From contig JASBZH010000001.1 in NCBI GenBank assembly GCA_029983555.1, positions 21,130-85,129 of the forward strand: a stretch of DNA of 64,000 nucleotides, in the 5' to 3' direction. Positions 47,506 through 58,300 of the stretch are shown piece by piece. Under the pieces are notes generated by a model, which saw only the letters and a list, made by a program, of their open reading frames with translations, had not been told where the DNA came from and did not search any database. This DNA is from Peptoniphilus sp. (GTDB lineage Bacteria; Bacillota; Clostridia; Tissierellales; Peptoniphilaceae). How positions within the stretch are numbered: position 1 is the first letter of the stretch; each line of letters starts with the position of its first letter. The position numbers and the translations under genes were made by a program.

Positions 47506-49146
47506 TCAATTAATCTTATTATTATCAATCTCTTCTTGGATTACATCCCAAATATCTTTTGTTTCAAAACCAAGTCTCCAAGATGCAACTCCAGCTAAAT
47601 TATATTTATTTACTAAAGTGACCTTTTGTTTTATGGAACTTGAATCTTCGATCCAAATTTTGTAAGTAGAATCGCCTTCTGTGTATTCTACATAATTTTG
47701 AGATGACTCTTCGTCCCAAACAGGTTTTAAACCTTTTTGATTAATTATATTTTCAGTTTCAGCCATAGAGATTGTTTTAGATGAAACTTTTCCATTTGTC
47801 TCTTTCCAAAGTCTAGAATAAGTTGGAACCCCAAGAATCATTTTTTCATTTGGAATAGATCTAAAAAGTACATTGATACTGCCCTCTACCCATTTATATT
47901 GGGCAACAGAACCAGCTTTATCAGATGATCCCCAATGTTGATCGTATGCCATAACTACCATGTAATCAGCTATATCAGAAAGTTTTTTTCGATCGTAAGG
48001 TTCTTTAGTAACATCTGATGAAATTTGAGGAGTGACATCAACTGAAATTATAAGATCGTCACCGCTCATTTCTTTCAATTCTTTTACAAAAGCTGTAATA
48101 TTATCTCTATCCTCTACTTTAGTATGCTCAAAATCAATATTTAAGCCTTTCATGTTGTATTTTTTACAAAGTTCAATTGTCTTATTAATAATTTTAGCTC
48201 TAGTTTCTTTATTTGAAAGAGCTTCGTGAGTTATTTCTGGATCAAAAGAATTGTCTAAATATCCCCAAACTTCTATTCCTAAATTATTGTACTTATTGAT
48301 GTAATCAAAATTTCCACGGTCAATCATATCTCCGTTTCCATTTCTTATAGAAAACCATGTTGGCACAATTACATCTAAACCATTTATATCTTGAATTTGT
48401 TCTACTTTTTCTTGAGAATGTTCTGCATAAGTGTAATCCCAAGTTAAGTTAATTGGTTTTTTATTTCTATTCTTTTCATTTGATGAAAATACGATTTCTT
48501 TATAATCAGAATTTAAAAGATCATTTTCTACAAATCCAGCATATCCCTCAACCATTCGTACTTTAGAATATTTCTTGCCTTCATCGTATACAAATACTTT
48601 TGTTCCTTCTTCTAATTTTTTTATAATTGGACTGTTCTTCTTGTCATTTTCTAGAAGAACTGCTCCATCTTTTGTCGTTGTTTCCTTATATTTTACATCT
48701 TCTCTATCTAATACTAGAAGTTGTATATCTCTATCGTATTTAAGTCTTACATTGTAATCGTAAATAAAGGACTCAATTGGAAGCATTATCTTTCCATCTT
48801 TTTCAATTGCTGGAGATCTGAGTTCTACTTCTCCATTATTAAATATCGCTTTTTTAGAATCTAGTGTCAAAACTTTTTTAGCACTATCATTATCTATAGT
48901 TATTTTTTTACTAGATTTATCATATTTTATATTTTCGTCAATATTTTTGTTGATATAGTCTAGTGAAAGATAAATCATTCCATCTTCAATATCAAAATCT
49001 TCTTTATCTATATATTGATCTTCAGATAAAAAAGAAAATCCATCGTAGATAGTAGATACTTTTTTTGAATCTCTATTTTCAACAAATAAAAATGCTAAAA
49101 CTGCCAAAGCTATAAGTACAAATATACCTGCAAAAAATTTTTTCAT
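47506..49146 (-). CDS. Glycoside hydrolase family 18 protein with N-terminal stalk and SH3-like domains
   Basis: N-terminal TM, GLNIDFE catalytic motif, MAYDQHW, GVASWRLG. Confidence 0.9.
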   Translation of the reverse strand: MKKFFAGIFVLIALAVLAFLFVENRDSKKVSTIYDGFSFLSEDQYIDKEDFDIEDGMIYLSLDYINKNIDENIKYDKSSKKITIDNDSAKKVLTLDSKKAIFNNGEVELRSPAIEKDGKIMLPIESFIYDYNVRLKYDRDIQLLVLDREDVKYKETTTKDGAVLLENDKKNSPIIKKLEEGTKVFVYDEGKKYSKVRMVEGYAGFVENDLLNSDYKEIVFSSNEKNRNKKPINLTWDYTYAEHSQEKVEQIQDINGLDVIVPTWFSIRNGNGDMIDRGNFDYINKYNNLGIEVWGYLDNSFDPEITHEALSNKETRAKIINKTIELCKKYNMKGLNIDFEHTKVEDRDNITAFVKELKEMSGDDLIISVDVTPQISSDVTKEPYDRKKLSDIADYMVVMAYDQHWGSSDKAGSVAQYKWVEGSINVLFRSIPNEKMILGVPTYSRLWKETNGKVSSKTISMAETENIINQKGLKPVWDEESSQNYVEYTEGDSTYKIWIEDSSSIKQKVTLVNKYNLAGVASWRLGFETKDIWDVIQEEIDNNKIN

Positions 49147-49188
49147 ATTAATACCTCTTTTCTTATTTATTCAAAATAGAGGAATACT

Positions 49189-49213
49189 AAAAATAGGACT
49201 CCTCAGTCCCATT
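49189..49213 (-). terminator. Intrinsic terminator after rplS
   Basis: Minus strand ATGGGACT-GAGG-AGTCCTAT-TTTT. Confidence 0.75.
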
Positions 49214-49214
49214 C

Positions 49215-49565
49215 TTAGTATTCAATTTTTTCTTTAACTTTAGCTGCCTTGCCTTGTCTTTCTCTAATATAGAATAACTTAGCACGTCTTACTTTACCTT
49301 TTCTGTTGACAACTATTTTATCAATTCTAGGTGAGTTAATTGGGAATGTTCTCTCAACTCCAATACCGTAAGAAATTCTTCTAACAGTAAAAGTTTTTCT
49401 TGAGCTTTTACCTTGAATTTTAATTACAGTTCCGTCAAATACTTGAATTCTACGTCTATCTCCTTCAATTATTTTATAGTGAACACTTACTGAATCTCCG
49501 GGTTTAATTTCAGGTAAATCAGTTCTAATTTGTTCATCTTCAATAGCTTTTATAATATCCATCAT
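49215..49565 (-). CDS. rplS: 50S ribosomal protein L19
   Basis: [29 protein letters not shown]. Confidence 0.98.
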   Translation of the reverse strand: MMDIIKAIEDEQIRTDLPEIKPGDSVSVHYKIIEGDRRRIQVFDGTVIKIQGKSSRKTFTVRRISYGIGVERTFPINSPRIDKIVVNRKGKVRRAKLFYIRERQGKAAKVKEKIEY

Positions 49566-50290
49566 TTACCTCCTTCCAGTAAATCATTTAATATATCTTT
49601 TTCTTCTTTATTTAATATTTTTTTATCTAATAAATCAGGTCTTTTAAGCAAAGTATTTTTAATAGATTCTTTAAGCCTATACTTTCTTATTTTTTCATGG
49701 TCTCCACTTAGTAGAATATCTGGAACAGTATAGCCCCTAAATTCTTTTGGCCTCGTGTACTGAGGATATTCCAAGAGTCCATTAAAGTGCGATTCATCGG
49801 AAAAAGATTCTTCTCCTGCGAGCACTCCATCTAAGAGCCTTGTAACTCCATCAATAAGAACCATTGACGGAATTTCTCCACCTGTCAATACATAATCGCC
49901 AATAGAAATTTCTTCATCTATATAATTATCTATAACTCTTTGGTCAATACCTTCATAATGACCGTTTACAAGGATTAAATGTTGCTCTTTGCTTAAGCTT
50001 AAAAGCTTATCTTGTGTGAGCACTTTTCCTTGTGGCGACATATAGATGACCTTAGATTTTTCACTCTTGCAAGATTCAATAGCCTCAACAATTGGCTTTA
50101 CCTGCATGAGCATTCCTGGTCCACCGCCATATGGATAATCATCTACTTGTAAATATTTATTTATGGCAAAATCTCTTATATCAGTGACTTCCAATTCTAA
50201 AATCTCTTCATCTATAGCTCTTCCTATCATAGAAAAGTTAGATAAATTTTTAATAAAGTCGGGAAAAAGTGTCAACACACTTATTTTCAT
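49562..50290 (-). CDS. trmD: tRNA (guanine-N1)-methyltransferase
   Basis: [39 protein letters not shown]. Confidence 0.98.
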   Translation of the reverse strand: MKISVLTLFPDFIKNLSNFSMIGRAIDEEILELEVTDIRDFAINKYLQVDDYPYGGGPGMLMQVKPIVEAIESCKSEKSKVIYMSPQGKVLTQDKLLSLSKEQHLILVNGHYEGIDQRVIDNYIDEEISIGDYVLTGGEIPSMVLIDGVTRLLDGVLAGEESFSDESHFNGLLEYPQYTRPKEFRGYTVPDILLSGDHEKIRKYRLKESIKNTLLKRPDLLDKKILNKEEKDILNDLLEGGK

Positions 50291-50793
50291 ATAACCATTC
50301 CTTCGATTAAATCTACCACTATAACTTCATTAATTGATTTTATAAATTCCTTAACAAAAGGAATTTGTATTTCATTTCCTTTTTTAACTTCTATTACTAA
50401 AACATCATTTGCAGGATATTCGTAAATATCTTTTACAACTCCCACATATTTTTTGTCCAAATCATAAACATCTTTTCCAATCAAATCTGAGATAAAAAAC
50501 TCATCATCAGGAAGATCAATTCTTTCTTCATTAGGAATATAGATATTTTTAGTTTTAAGTTTTAGTGCACTATCGATATCTTCATTATCTACAAAAGTTA
50601 GATAGACAAAATCTTTTGCGTAACGAACTTTTTTTACATCGAATATCTCTAAATCTTTACCAACAAAAACTCTATCTAGATCAGAAAATCTCTTTATATT
50701 AGAAGTCAAAGGTTCTATTTTCAATTCGCCTTTTAAACCATGAGTATTTATAATCTTACCGATACATGTAAAATCATCAATTGTTTTCTTCAA
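50287..50793 (-). CDS. rimM: Ribosome maturation factor RimM
   Basis: IGKIINTHGLKGE, FFISDLIG, ANDV, IPFVKEF. Confidence 0.96.
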   Translation of the reverse strand: MKKTIDDFTCIGKIINTHGLKGELKIEPLTSNIKRFSDLDRVFVGKDLEIFDVKKVRYAKDFVYLTFVDNEDIDSALKLKTKNIYIPNEERIDLPDDEFFISDLIGKDVYDLDKKYVGVVKDIYEYPANDVLVIEVKKGNEIQIPFVKEFIKSINEVIVVDLIEGMVI

Positions 50794-51013
50794 TTTCTAA
50801 ATTAACCCTTTTATTTCCTTTAAGTGAAATGGCTTTTAATATTGATCTTATTGCTTTGGCAATTTTGCCTTGTCTGCCAATTACCTTGCCCATATCATCA
50901 GCTGCTACCTTTAAAGTTATATTGACATAATCTCTATCTTGATTCACATCTATCGCAACTGATGATGGATCATCTACTAAAGATTTTGCAATATATTCTA
51001 TTAATTCAACCAT
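50777..51013 (-). CDS. khpA: KH-domain RNA-binding protein KhpA (YlqC)
   Basis: DMGKVIGRQGKIAKAIR; between rpsP and rimM; ATG 51013 behind GGAGG. Confidence 0.93.
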   Translation of the reverse strand: MVELIEYIAKSLVDDPSSVAIDVNQDRDYVNITLKVAADDMGKVIGRQGKIAKAIRSILKAISLKGNKRVNLEIEENN

Positions 51014-51039
51014 ATCAGTTCCTCCAAACATATTTATGC

Positions 51040-51342
51040 TTATTCAGTAGCTTCTGATTCTTTATTTTCAGCTAAGTTTTCTGAAACCTCAGCTTTTGCT
51101 CCATAAACAGAGTTTTCTCTAAAAAGTCTATCTACAGTATCAGTTGGTTTAGCTCCATTAGCTATCCATTGATTAGCTTTTTCAGCATCTACAACAACTT
51201 CTTTAGGTTCAGTTAGTGGATTGTAGTGTCCAATTTCTTCGATAAATCTACCATTTCTTGGACTACGAGAATCCGCAACTACTATTCTATAAAATGGTTT
51301 CTTTTTAGCTCCCATTCTTCTTAATCTAATTTTAACTGCCAA
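51040..51342 (-). CDS. rpsP: 30S ribosomal protein S16 (short acidic C-terminal extension)
   Basis: [36 protein letters not shown] start at 51342 behind GGAGGTG. Confidence 0.98.
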   Translation of the reverse strand: MAVKIRLRRMGAKKKPFYRIVVADSRSPRNGRFIEEIGHYNPLTEPKEVVVDAEKANQWIANGAKPTDTVDRLFRENSVYGAKAEVSENLAENKESEATE

Positions 51343-51404
51343 ATTATTCACCTCCACAAAAAATTTATATATGAATTAAATTTAATTAATATATAACAAG
51401 TTCA

Positions 51405-52742
51405 CTAAAATGGGAATGGCATTTTAAACCTTTTTTTACCCATTTTCTTTGACATATTGCCAAACTGTTTCATCATTTTTCTCATTTCTTTAAACTGTTT
51501 AATGAGTTTATTTACTTCACTAGGACTTGTTCCAGATCCTTCAGCAATTCTCTTTCTTCTAGAAGAATCTATAATTTCTGGCTTTATTCTCTCTTTTTTT
51601 GTCATAGAAAGAATCATAGCTTCGACTTTTGCAAACTCATCTTCAGGTAAGTTGATATTTTTTAAAGCCTTATTATTAACACCTGGAATCATCCCCAAAA
51701 TGTCTTCCAAAGGTCCCATATTCTTCATCTGTTGCATTTGATCTAAAAAATCTTCAAAAGTAAATGTAGAATTTCTAAGTTTCTGCTCCAATTCCTTAGC
51801 TTTTTCTTCATCAACAGCATTCTGTGCCTTTTCAATTAATGAAAGCACATCTCCCATTCCAAGTATCCTTGATGCCATTCTGTCTGGATGGAAAACTTCA
51901 ATGTTATCCATTTTCTCTCCGCTGGCAATAAATTTAATTGGAACATCAGTTACAGCTCTAATTGAAAGTGCAGCTCCACCTCTAGCATCGCCATCAAGTT
52001 TTGTTAAAACTACTCCAGTAAGGTTTAGCGTTTTATCAAATGACTCTGCAACATTAACTGCGTCTTGACCAGTCATAGAGTCAAGAACTAAAAGAATTTC
52101 AGATGGACTTACTTCACCTACAATATCTTGAAGCTCTTTCATAAGATTTTCATCGACATGAAGTCGTCCAGCAGTATCAATAATAACGACATCATTGCCG
52201 TTTTTCTTAGCATGCTCAACTGCTGCTTTGGATATATCAACTGGAGAAATTTTATCCCCCATCGTAAAAACTGGCACGTCAACAGATTTACCGACAACTT
52301 GCAGTTGTTTAATAGCTGCAGGTCTATAAACGTCGCATGCAACTAAAAGCGGCCTCTTGCCATCTTTTTTAAGCTTGTTTGTGATTTTTCCACTTGTCGT
52401 TGTCTTACCAGCACCTTGAAGACCACACATCATTATAATAGTAGGCTTCTTTGAAAAATCTATTTTTACTTCACTTGTTCCCATTAAATTTGTAAGTTCT
52501 TCATTTACAATTTTAATGACTTGTTGACCTGGTGTTAAAGATTCTAAAACTTCTTTACCCAAGGCCCTTTCTTTTACAGTCTTTACAAAATTCTTAACTA
52601 CTTTAAAGTTAACATCGGCTTCAAGAAGAGCAAGTTTTACTTCTCTCATTGCCTCATCAATATCTTTTTCATTGAGTTTGCCTTTGCCTTTTAACTTTGA
52701 AAGAGTATTTTGTAATTTATCTGATAGACCTTCAAATACCAT
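51405..52742 (-). CDS. ffh: Signal recognition particle protein
   Basis: GLQGAGKTT, DTAGRL, TKLDGDARGGAALS, Met-rich M domain. Confidence 0.98.
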   Translation of the reverse strand: MVFEGLSDKLQNTLSKLKGKGKLNEKDIDEAMREVKLALLEADVNFKVVKNFVKTVKERALGKEVLESLTPGQQVIKIVNEELTNLMGTSEVKIDFSKKPTIIMMCGLQGAGKTTTSGKITNKLKKDGKRPLLVACDVYRPAAIKQLQVVGKSVDVPVFTMGDKISPVDISKAAVEHAKKNGNDVVIIDTAGRLHVDENLMKELQDIVGEVSPSEILLVLDSMTGQDAVNVAESFDKTLNLTGVVLTKLDGDARGGAALSIRAVTDVPIKFIASGEKMDNIEVFHPDRMASRILGMGDVLSLIEKAQNAVDEEKAKELEQKLRNSTFTFEDFLDQMQQMKNMGPLEDILGMIPGVNNKALKNINLPEDEFAKVEAMILSMTKKERIKPEIIDSSRRKRIAEGSGTSPSEVNKLIKQFKEMRKMMKQFGNMSKKMGKKRFKMPFPF

Positions 52743-52754
52743 ATTCCACCCCCA

Positions 52755-53108
52755 TTATTCAAAAATTAAATCTTCAATTTTTTGAAGAGTTTTTAAATTT
52801 AAATTTTTATCTTGTCTCAATTCTGTAAATAATAATTTTAGTTCTTTATTTTTAGAATTTCTATTAGACTCATTTATTTTAGATTGTTCCAAAAGATGTA
52901 ACTTAGATTCAAACTCTTCTAAATTATTTTCCGCTCTCTTTAAGTTGTCAAAAACTGCTTGTTTCGAAATTTCTAGTTCATCAGAAATTTCATTTATTGA
53001 GCAATCATAGACATAGTACATATAAGCAGATTTCTTTTGTTTTTCAGTAAGCAGTGATCCATAAAAGTCTAGTAATGAATTCATAAGAAAAAATTTATCA
53101 CTCGCCAT
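52755..53108 (-). CDS. ylxM: YlxM family HTH protein
   Basis: LLDFYGSLLTEKQ, SINEIS...ISKQAVFD, FESKLHL; upstream of ffh. Confidence 0.92.
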   Translation of the reverse strand: MASDKFFLMNSLLDFYGSLLTEKQKKSAYMYYVYDCSINEISDELEISKQAVFDNLKRAENNLEEFESKLHLLEQSKINESNRNSKNKELKLLFTELRQDKNLNLKTLQKIEDLIFE

Positions 53109-53137
53109 CACTCTCACCTCTATTAAATATTTTATTC

Positions 53138-53158
53138 GGTCAAGTTCTTTACTTGACC
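53138..53158. promoter_or_regulatory. Perfect inverted repeat at the predicted ylxM-ffh transcription start
   Basis: GGTCAAGT-TCTTT-ACTTGACC. Confidence 0.6.
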
Positions 53159-53164
53159 TTACTT

Positions 53165-53193
53165 ATTTTACCTAAAATGCAATATAATGTCAA
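53165..53193 (-). promoter_or_regulatory. SigA promoter for ylxM-ffh
   Basis: TTGACA-N17-TAAAAT. Confidence 0.8.
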
Positions 53194-53206
53194 CTATTTT
53201 TTTGCC

Positions 53207-53235
53207 TTTACACATGATTTTTTATCATATACAAT
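53207..53235 (+). promoter_or_regulatory. SigA-type promoter for thiT
   Basis: TTTACA-N17-TACAAT, 18 nt before the ATG. Confidence 0.65.
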
Positions 53236-53253
53236 TATCCTTGAGGTGACAAT

Positions 53254-53766
53254 ATGAACAAAAAAACTTATATGATTACGAGCGGTGCATTAGTACTTGC
53301 TATGTCTCAACTTTTATCTTACGTAAAATTTTTTGAGCTTCCACAAAGTGGATCTGTAACTCTTGCATCGATGGCTCCCATTTTATTTTTTCCACTGATT
53401 TGTGGTCCAAAATATGGGCTTATAACATCATTTACTTATGGTATTTTACAATTCGTATTGGGAGGAACTTTTTATCATCCACTTTCACTAATTCTTGACT
53501 ATCTGTTAGCTTTTGGAGTCTTGGGAATAACAGGTTTCTTTAGAAAAAATCTTAAAACTTTTCTAGCAGGATCAATATTTGCTATGTTTTTAAGATATTT
53601 ATGCCATTTCTTGAGTGGATTCATAATTTTTGGAGAATACGCTCCAGCTGGTCAGTCACCAGTAATTTATTCAGCTGTATATAATTCTTTTATATTAGTT
53701 GAAGCACTTATAACAATTCCAGTTTTAGTAATACTTTATAAAAAAGTACTTCCTAGAATTAAATAA
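53254..53766 (+). CDS. thiT: ECF S-component, thiamine transporter ThiT family
   Basis: LPQSGSVT, G.LQF..G, HP.S.ILDYLLAF, HFLSG.I.FGEYAP.GQ, YS..YN. Confidence 0.9.
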   Translation: MNKKTYMITSGALVLAMSQLLSYVKFFELPQSGSVTLASMAPILFFPLICGPKYGLITSFTYGILQFVLGGTFYHPLSLILDYLLAFGVLGITGFFRKNLKTFLAGSIFAMFLRYLCHFLSGFIIFGEYAPAGQSPVIYSAVYNSFILVEALITIPVLVILYKKVLPRIK

Positions 53767-53770
53767 TTTT

Positions 53771-53811
53771 AAAGTAAAAGCGACCGTTTTTTGACGGCCG
53801 CTTCTACTTTT
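53771..53811. terminator. Bidirectional terminator between convergent thiT and ftsY
   Basis: AAAGTAAAAGCGACCGT...ACGGCCGCTTCTACTTTT. Confidence 0.8.
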
Positions 53812-53830
53812 ATGTTTAAATATATTTTTT

Positions 53831-55354
53831 TTATTCAAATATTGCTTCTATAAAATTATCTAAATTAAAATCTTGTAAATCCTCTATTCCTTCACCAACA
53901 CCTACGAGTTTGATTGGAATTTCAAGTTCAGACTGAAGTCCTATGACAACTCCACCCTTCGCTGTTCCATCTAACTTAGTAAGAGCTATTCCTGTAATTT
54001 CACTTGCTTCTTTAAATGTCTTAGCTTGATTCATTGCATTTTGTCCAGTTGTCGCATCCAACACTAGAAGTGTCTCCCTATTAGCTTCTGGATAATTTTT
54101 CTTTATAATTCTATTTATTTTTTCCAACTCATTCATCAAATTAGATTTATTGTGAAGACGTCCTGCAGTATCAACTATTAAAATATCAGTCTTTCTAGCC
54201 TTTGCTGCTGTTATCGCATCAAACACAACTGCTGCTGGGTCAGACCCTTCTTCGTGGCTAATTACGTCTACATTTGCTCTATGACCCCACTCTTCTAATT
54301 GGTCAATTGCTGCAGCTCTAAATGTATCGGCTGCACAGACAAGTACAGATTTTCCTTCATTTTTAAATCTTTGAGATAATTTACCAATCGTTGTAGTCTT
54401 ACCAACACCATTTACTCCAACTATTAATATAATTGTAGGAGATTTAGAAATAATTTTAGAATTTAATTCAGGGTTCATCAGCTTTTTGGCTTCTTCCATC
54501 AAAAGTGGTTTTACTCTAGCTGGCTCGTTTACCTTTTCTCTTATTAAAGTTTCTCTTAAATTATCGATCAGTTTCATTGTAGTATTCATGCCAACATCAG
54601 CGGAAATTAAAATATCTTCCAAATCTTCTAACATATCGTCATCGATTTTAACATAATTTCCTAATACAGTATTTATTTTTATTCCGACTTCTTTTCTAGT
54701 TTTCGTCAATCCTTCTTTAAGTCTTCCAAAAAATCCAAGTTTATTATCAGGCTCTTCTTCTGTTGACCTTTCTGCACTTCTTTCACTTTCTGCTATTTCT
54801 AATGAATCTTCGGAGTCTTCTTTTAAAGTTTCTATTTTTTCTTCTGCAATTTTTTTATCTGCAATTGCCTCTTCTTTTTCTACTCTTTCTTCCACAGTTT
54901 CTGAAGGCACTTCTTCACTCTCAAAAGTCTCTTCTGTATTTACTGATTCTTTATCTATATCTTTAGCATCTAAGTTTTCTTCTACTTTTGCACCTTGAGG
55001 TTCAATTGACTTTTCATTTTTTTCTTCTAACGGCAGTTCTTCTGTCTCTTTTTTTACAAAATTATCTTCTGCATTTTCTTCTAAATCTACTTGAAGTGTT
55101 TCTTGGTCCTTAGTTTCTGATTCATCTATTTCAACTTTATCTATTGATTCATCTTTAACTAGAACTTCATCTACTGCTTCATCATCAGAAGACTCATCTT
55201 CACTAATTTGATCTTCAGGCTCTTTTTGAGTTTCTTCTTTCTCTAAATCTGCGTTTTCTTGATCTTCTATTTCATTAGATTCGACTAAATCTTCTTCTTT
55301 TTTTGTTTCATCTTTTTCTTGTTTTTTAAATTTATCTTTTAACCACTCGAACAT
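53831..55354 (-). CDS. ftsY: SRP receptor FtsY with a long acidic N-terminal domain
   Basis: GVNGVGKTTTIGK, DTFRAAA, DTAGRL, TKLDGTAKGG. ATG 55354 behind AGGAGG. Confidence 0.97.
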   Translation of the reverse strand: MFEWLKDKFKKQEKDETKKEEDLVESNEIEDQENADLEKEETQKEPEDQISEDESSDDEAVDEVLVKDESIDKVEIDESETKDQETLQVDLEENAEDNFVKKETEELPLEEKNEKSIEPQGAKVEENLDAKDIDKESVNTEETFESEEVPSETVEERVEKEEAIADKKIAEEKIETLKEDSEDSLEIAESERSAERSTEEEPDNKLGFFGRLKEGLTKTRKEVGIKINTVLGNYVKIDDDMLEDLEDILISADVGMNTTMKLIDNLRETLIREKVNEPARVKPLLMEEAKKLMNPELNSKIISKSPTIILIVGVNGVGKTTTIGKLSQRFKNEGKSVLVCAADTFRAAAIDQLEEWGHRANVDVISHEEGSDPAAVVFDAITAAKARKTDILIVDTAGRLHNKSNLMNELEKINRIIKKNYPEANRETLLVLDATTGQNAMNQAKTFKEASEITGIALTKLDGTAKGGVVIGLQSELEIPIKLVGVGEGIEDLQDFNLDNFIEAIFE

Positions 55355-55364
55355 AAAATTCCTC

Positions 55365-58300
55365 CTAGTCATTTAACTTTACAGAATAAAGCGTACTTAT
55401 TCCCTTTTCTTCCATAGTTACACCATACATGCTCTTTGCTATTTCCATAGTTAACTTTCTGTGCGTTATTATAATAAATTGAGTTCCTTTTAAAGTTTGA
55501 AGATACTCTGCATACCTCTTGATATTCGCATCATCAAGAGCTGCATCAATCTCATCCAATATACAAAAAGACGCAGGTCTTACTTTTAATAGAGCAAATA
55601 AAAGTGCCACTGCAGTAAGAGCCCTCTCTCCTCCAGAAAGTAAGCTAAGAGATTGCAGTCTCTTTCCTGGCGGAGAAGCTTTTATCTCAATTCCAGACTC
55701 TAAAATATCTCCTTCGATATTTATTTCAGCATGTCCACCATTAAATAGTATTTTAAAAATGCGTTCAAAATGAGATGAAATCTCCCCTATGGCATCTTTA
55801 AAACTTTTTTTCATCTCAGAATCCAATTTTAATAGAATTGATTCAATTTCCTCTTTCGCATCAATTAAATCATCTCTCTGTTTAGAGTAAAAATCAAGTC
55901 TATCACTTACTAATTTATACTCTTCAATAGATCCCACATTGACTTCACCATAATTTTTCACTTTTCTGCGAAGCGATTTTACAAGTTTTTCAGGAACATC
56001 AGGAATATCTTTTATTTCCTTAATATCTTTTTTTGAAACATCATATTCTTCTTCTATTCTAGATATATTAGAAGAAATAGAATCTCTTTTAACTTCTATT
56101 TTGTATTTTCGATTTTCGCGTTCATTTTCGTTTTTTAATAACTTTTCATTTATCTTTACTATCTCTTCTTTGTGAAGATTTAACTTTTCATTATTTTTAA
56201 ATATTAATTCTTCTATCTCGCTTATGTCATTTTTTAAAATAGATATTTCTTCTTCAATGGCATCAGATGATACTAAAGAACTTGAAAGTTCTTGAGACTT
56301 TTGTTGTAAAGTTTTTTCATCTTCTTTTAGTTGTTCTTCTAATTCTTTAATAAAATTATTAGATTCTTCAATTGATTTTTCTACTCTCTCAATTTCCATC
56401 AAATTGTATGATGATTTTTCTTTATTCTCTTTTTGAAGCAAAATTAGATCTAGGCGAGAAGATTTATATTTTTCAAGTTCATTTTTTAAATCCAAAAACT
56501 CAGTGTCCTTATCCATATTGTCAGAAAGCTCATCGAGTTTTTTTAATTTATATTCAATGAGATTATTATTAGTTGTGAGATTTTTAGAATCTTCTTCGAT
56601 ACTTGTGACAATTTCAGACTTTTCTTTCAAATATCTACTTAAGTAATCTTCGTTTATTTCATTACTTTGTTTATTTTTTAAAATATTATTGTCAATTGAA
56701 TCTAACTTCTGGGACAACTCATTTAACTTTTCTTTTAAATTTTCAAATTTATCTATAAGCAAGTTATATTCGTTTTGTTTATCTGATAATAAATTTTCGG
56801 TTTTTTCTCTTTCTAAATTCTTATTTTTTACTTCCTTAGAAAGTTCTAAAATCTCATTTTTTCTCTGAATAAATGAAGCATTGTGATGATTTAAACTTCC
56901 TCCAGTAATTGATCCAGATGTATTAAAAACTTCTCCTGCAAGTGTAACGACTTTGATGTTGTATTTTTTTGAAAGGCTTGCACCGTGTTCATAATTATCT
57001 GCAATTAGTACATATCCAATTAAATTTTCAAAAATGTCTCTAAACTTATTATCAAAACTTATAAGATCAGATGCAATTCCAATTACGCCCTTTCCTGAGA
57101 TATTCTTATTAGTTTTTCTACTTTTAACTCTATCTAGTGGCAAGAAAGTGATTCTCCCCATTTTATTCTTTTCTAGAATTTTTAACATCTTATAAGTTTC
57201 AGAGGTGTTTTCTACAATTATATTTTGAGCCATTGCGCCCAGGGCAACGCTTATTGCTTTTTCATATTCTTCAGAAACACTAAATTTTTCACCAACTGGT
57301 CCATATAAAGAATTTTGAAATATATTCTTGTTATTAGAATAGTTCATAAAAGTTTTAACTGATCTATTGTATCCTTCAAAATTAGACTCCATATTTTCCA
57401 AAATCTTAAGTCTTGTGGCCTTTTCATTTAGTTCGTTGGTCAAAGAACTTAATTTTTCATTTTGATTTTGACAAAATCCTTTTAATTTTTCCAATTCGCT
57501 TTGAATGCTATTAAGCGAATTCAACAGATCTCTTTTACTATTTAGTTTTTCTTTTTTTTCACTTTCCAAACTTTCAATTAGAGATTTAAATTCTTTTTTA
57601 TTATTTTCAAAATTTAAAATATTACTATCAATTGAGGATTTTCGATTCTTCTTCTCCTCAATCATTACACTTAAAGTTTCATTTCTAAACTTAATATTTT
57701 CTATCTCGTTATTTAGTATATTCTGATTGGAACTTTTTTCTTTTTCACTCTTTTCTATATCGTTAACTTCATTCGATTTAATCTCTATAGCTTTTTCAAT
57801 TTCTACGAGTTTTTTGCTCAGTTCCTCTTTCTCTTCATCAAAATTATCTTTTTTTGCTTTAAGTTCTTTTAAATTTTCGCTATAACTATTAATCTTAGAA
57901 CTTTCTTCTACCTTGTCATTATTTATTCTCTTTACATCTCTATTAAGAGATTTAATCTGCTCGTCTAAAACGCTAGACTTGACTTTTAATTCCTCTAACT
58001 TTCCACCCTTTAATGACAGCTCATCTTTTTTTGACTTGAGATTTTCAGATTGTTCTTTGCTAAGTGTTTCAATATTGGATTTCTCTTCTAAAATTTCTTT
58101 TTTTCTTTTATGTAGAAAGTCAAATTCAAGTTTCAAATCCTTGATGTCTTTAATGAGGTCTTCAATTTCTTCATTTAAAATCTTTATTTTTTTTGAAACA
58201 AAATTTAAATCGATCTCTTTTAACCTGTTATAATCTTCTAAATACCTAGTCGCCTTTTGTGCTTGGAGTTTTAAATTCTCCTCTTGAGTAGAAATTTCTT

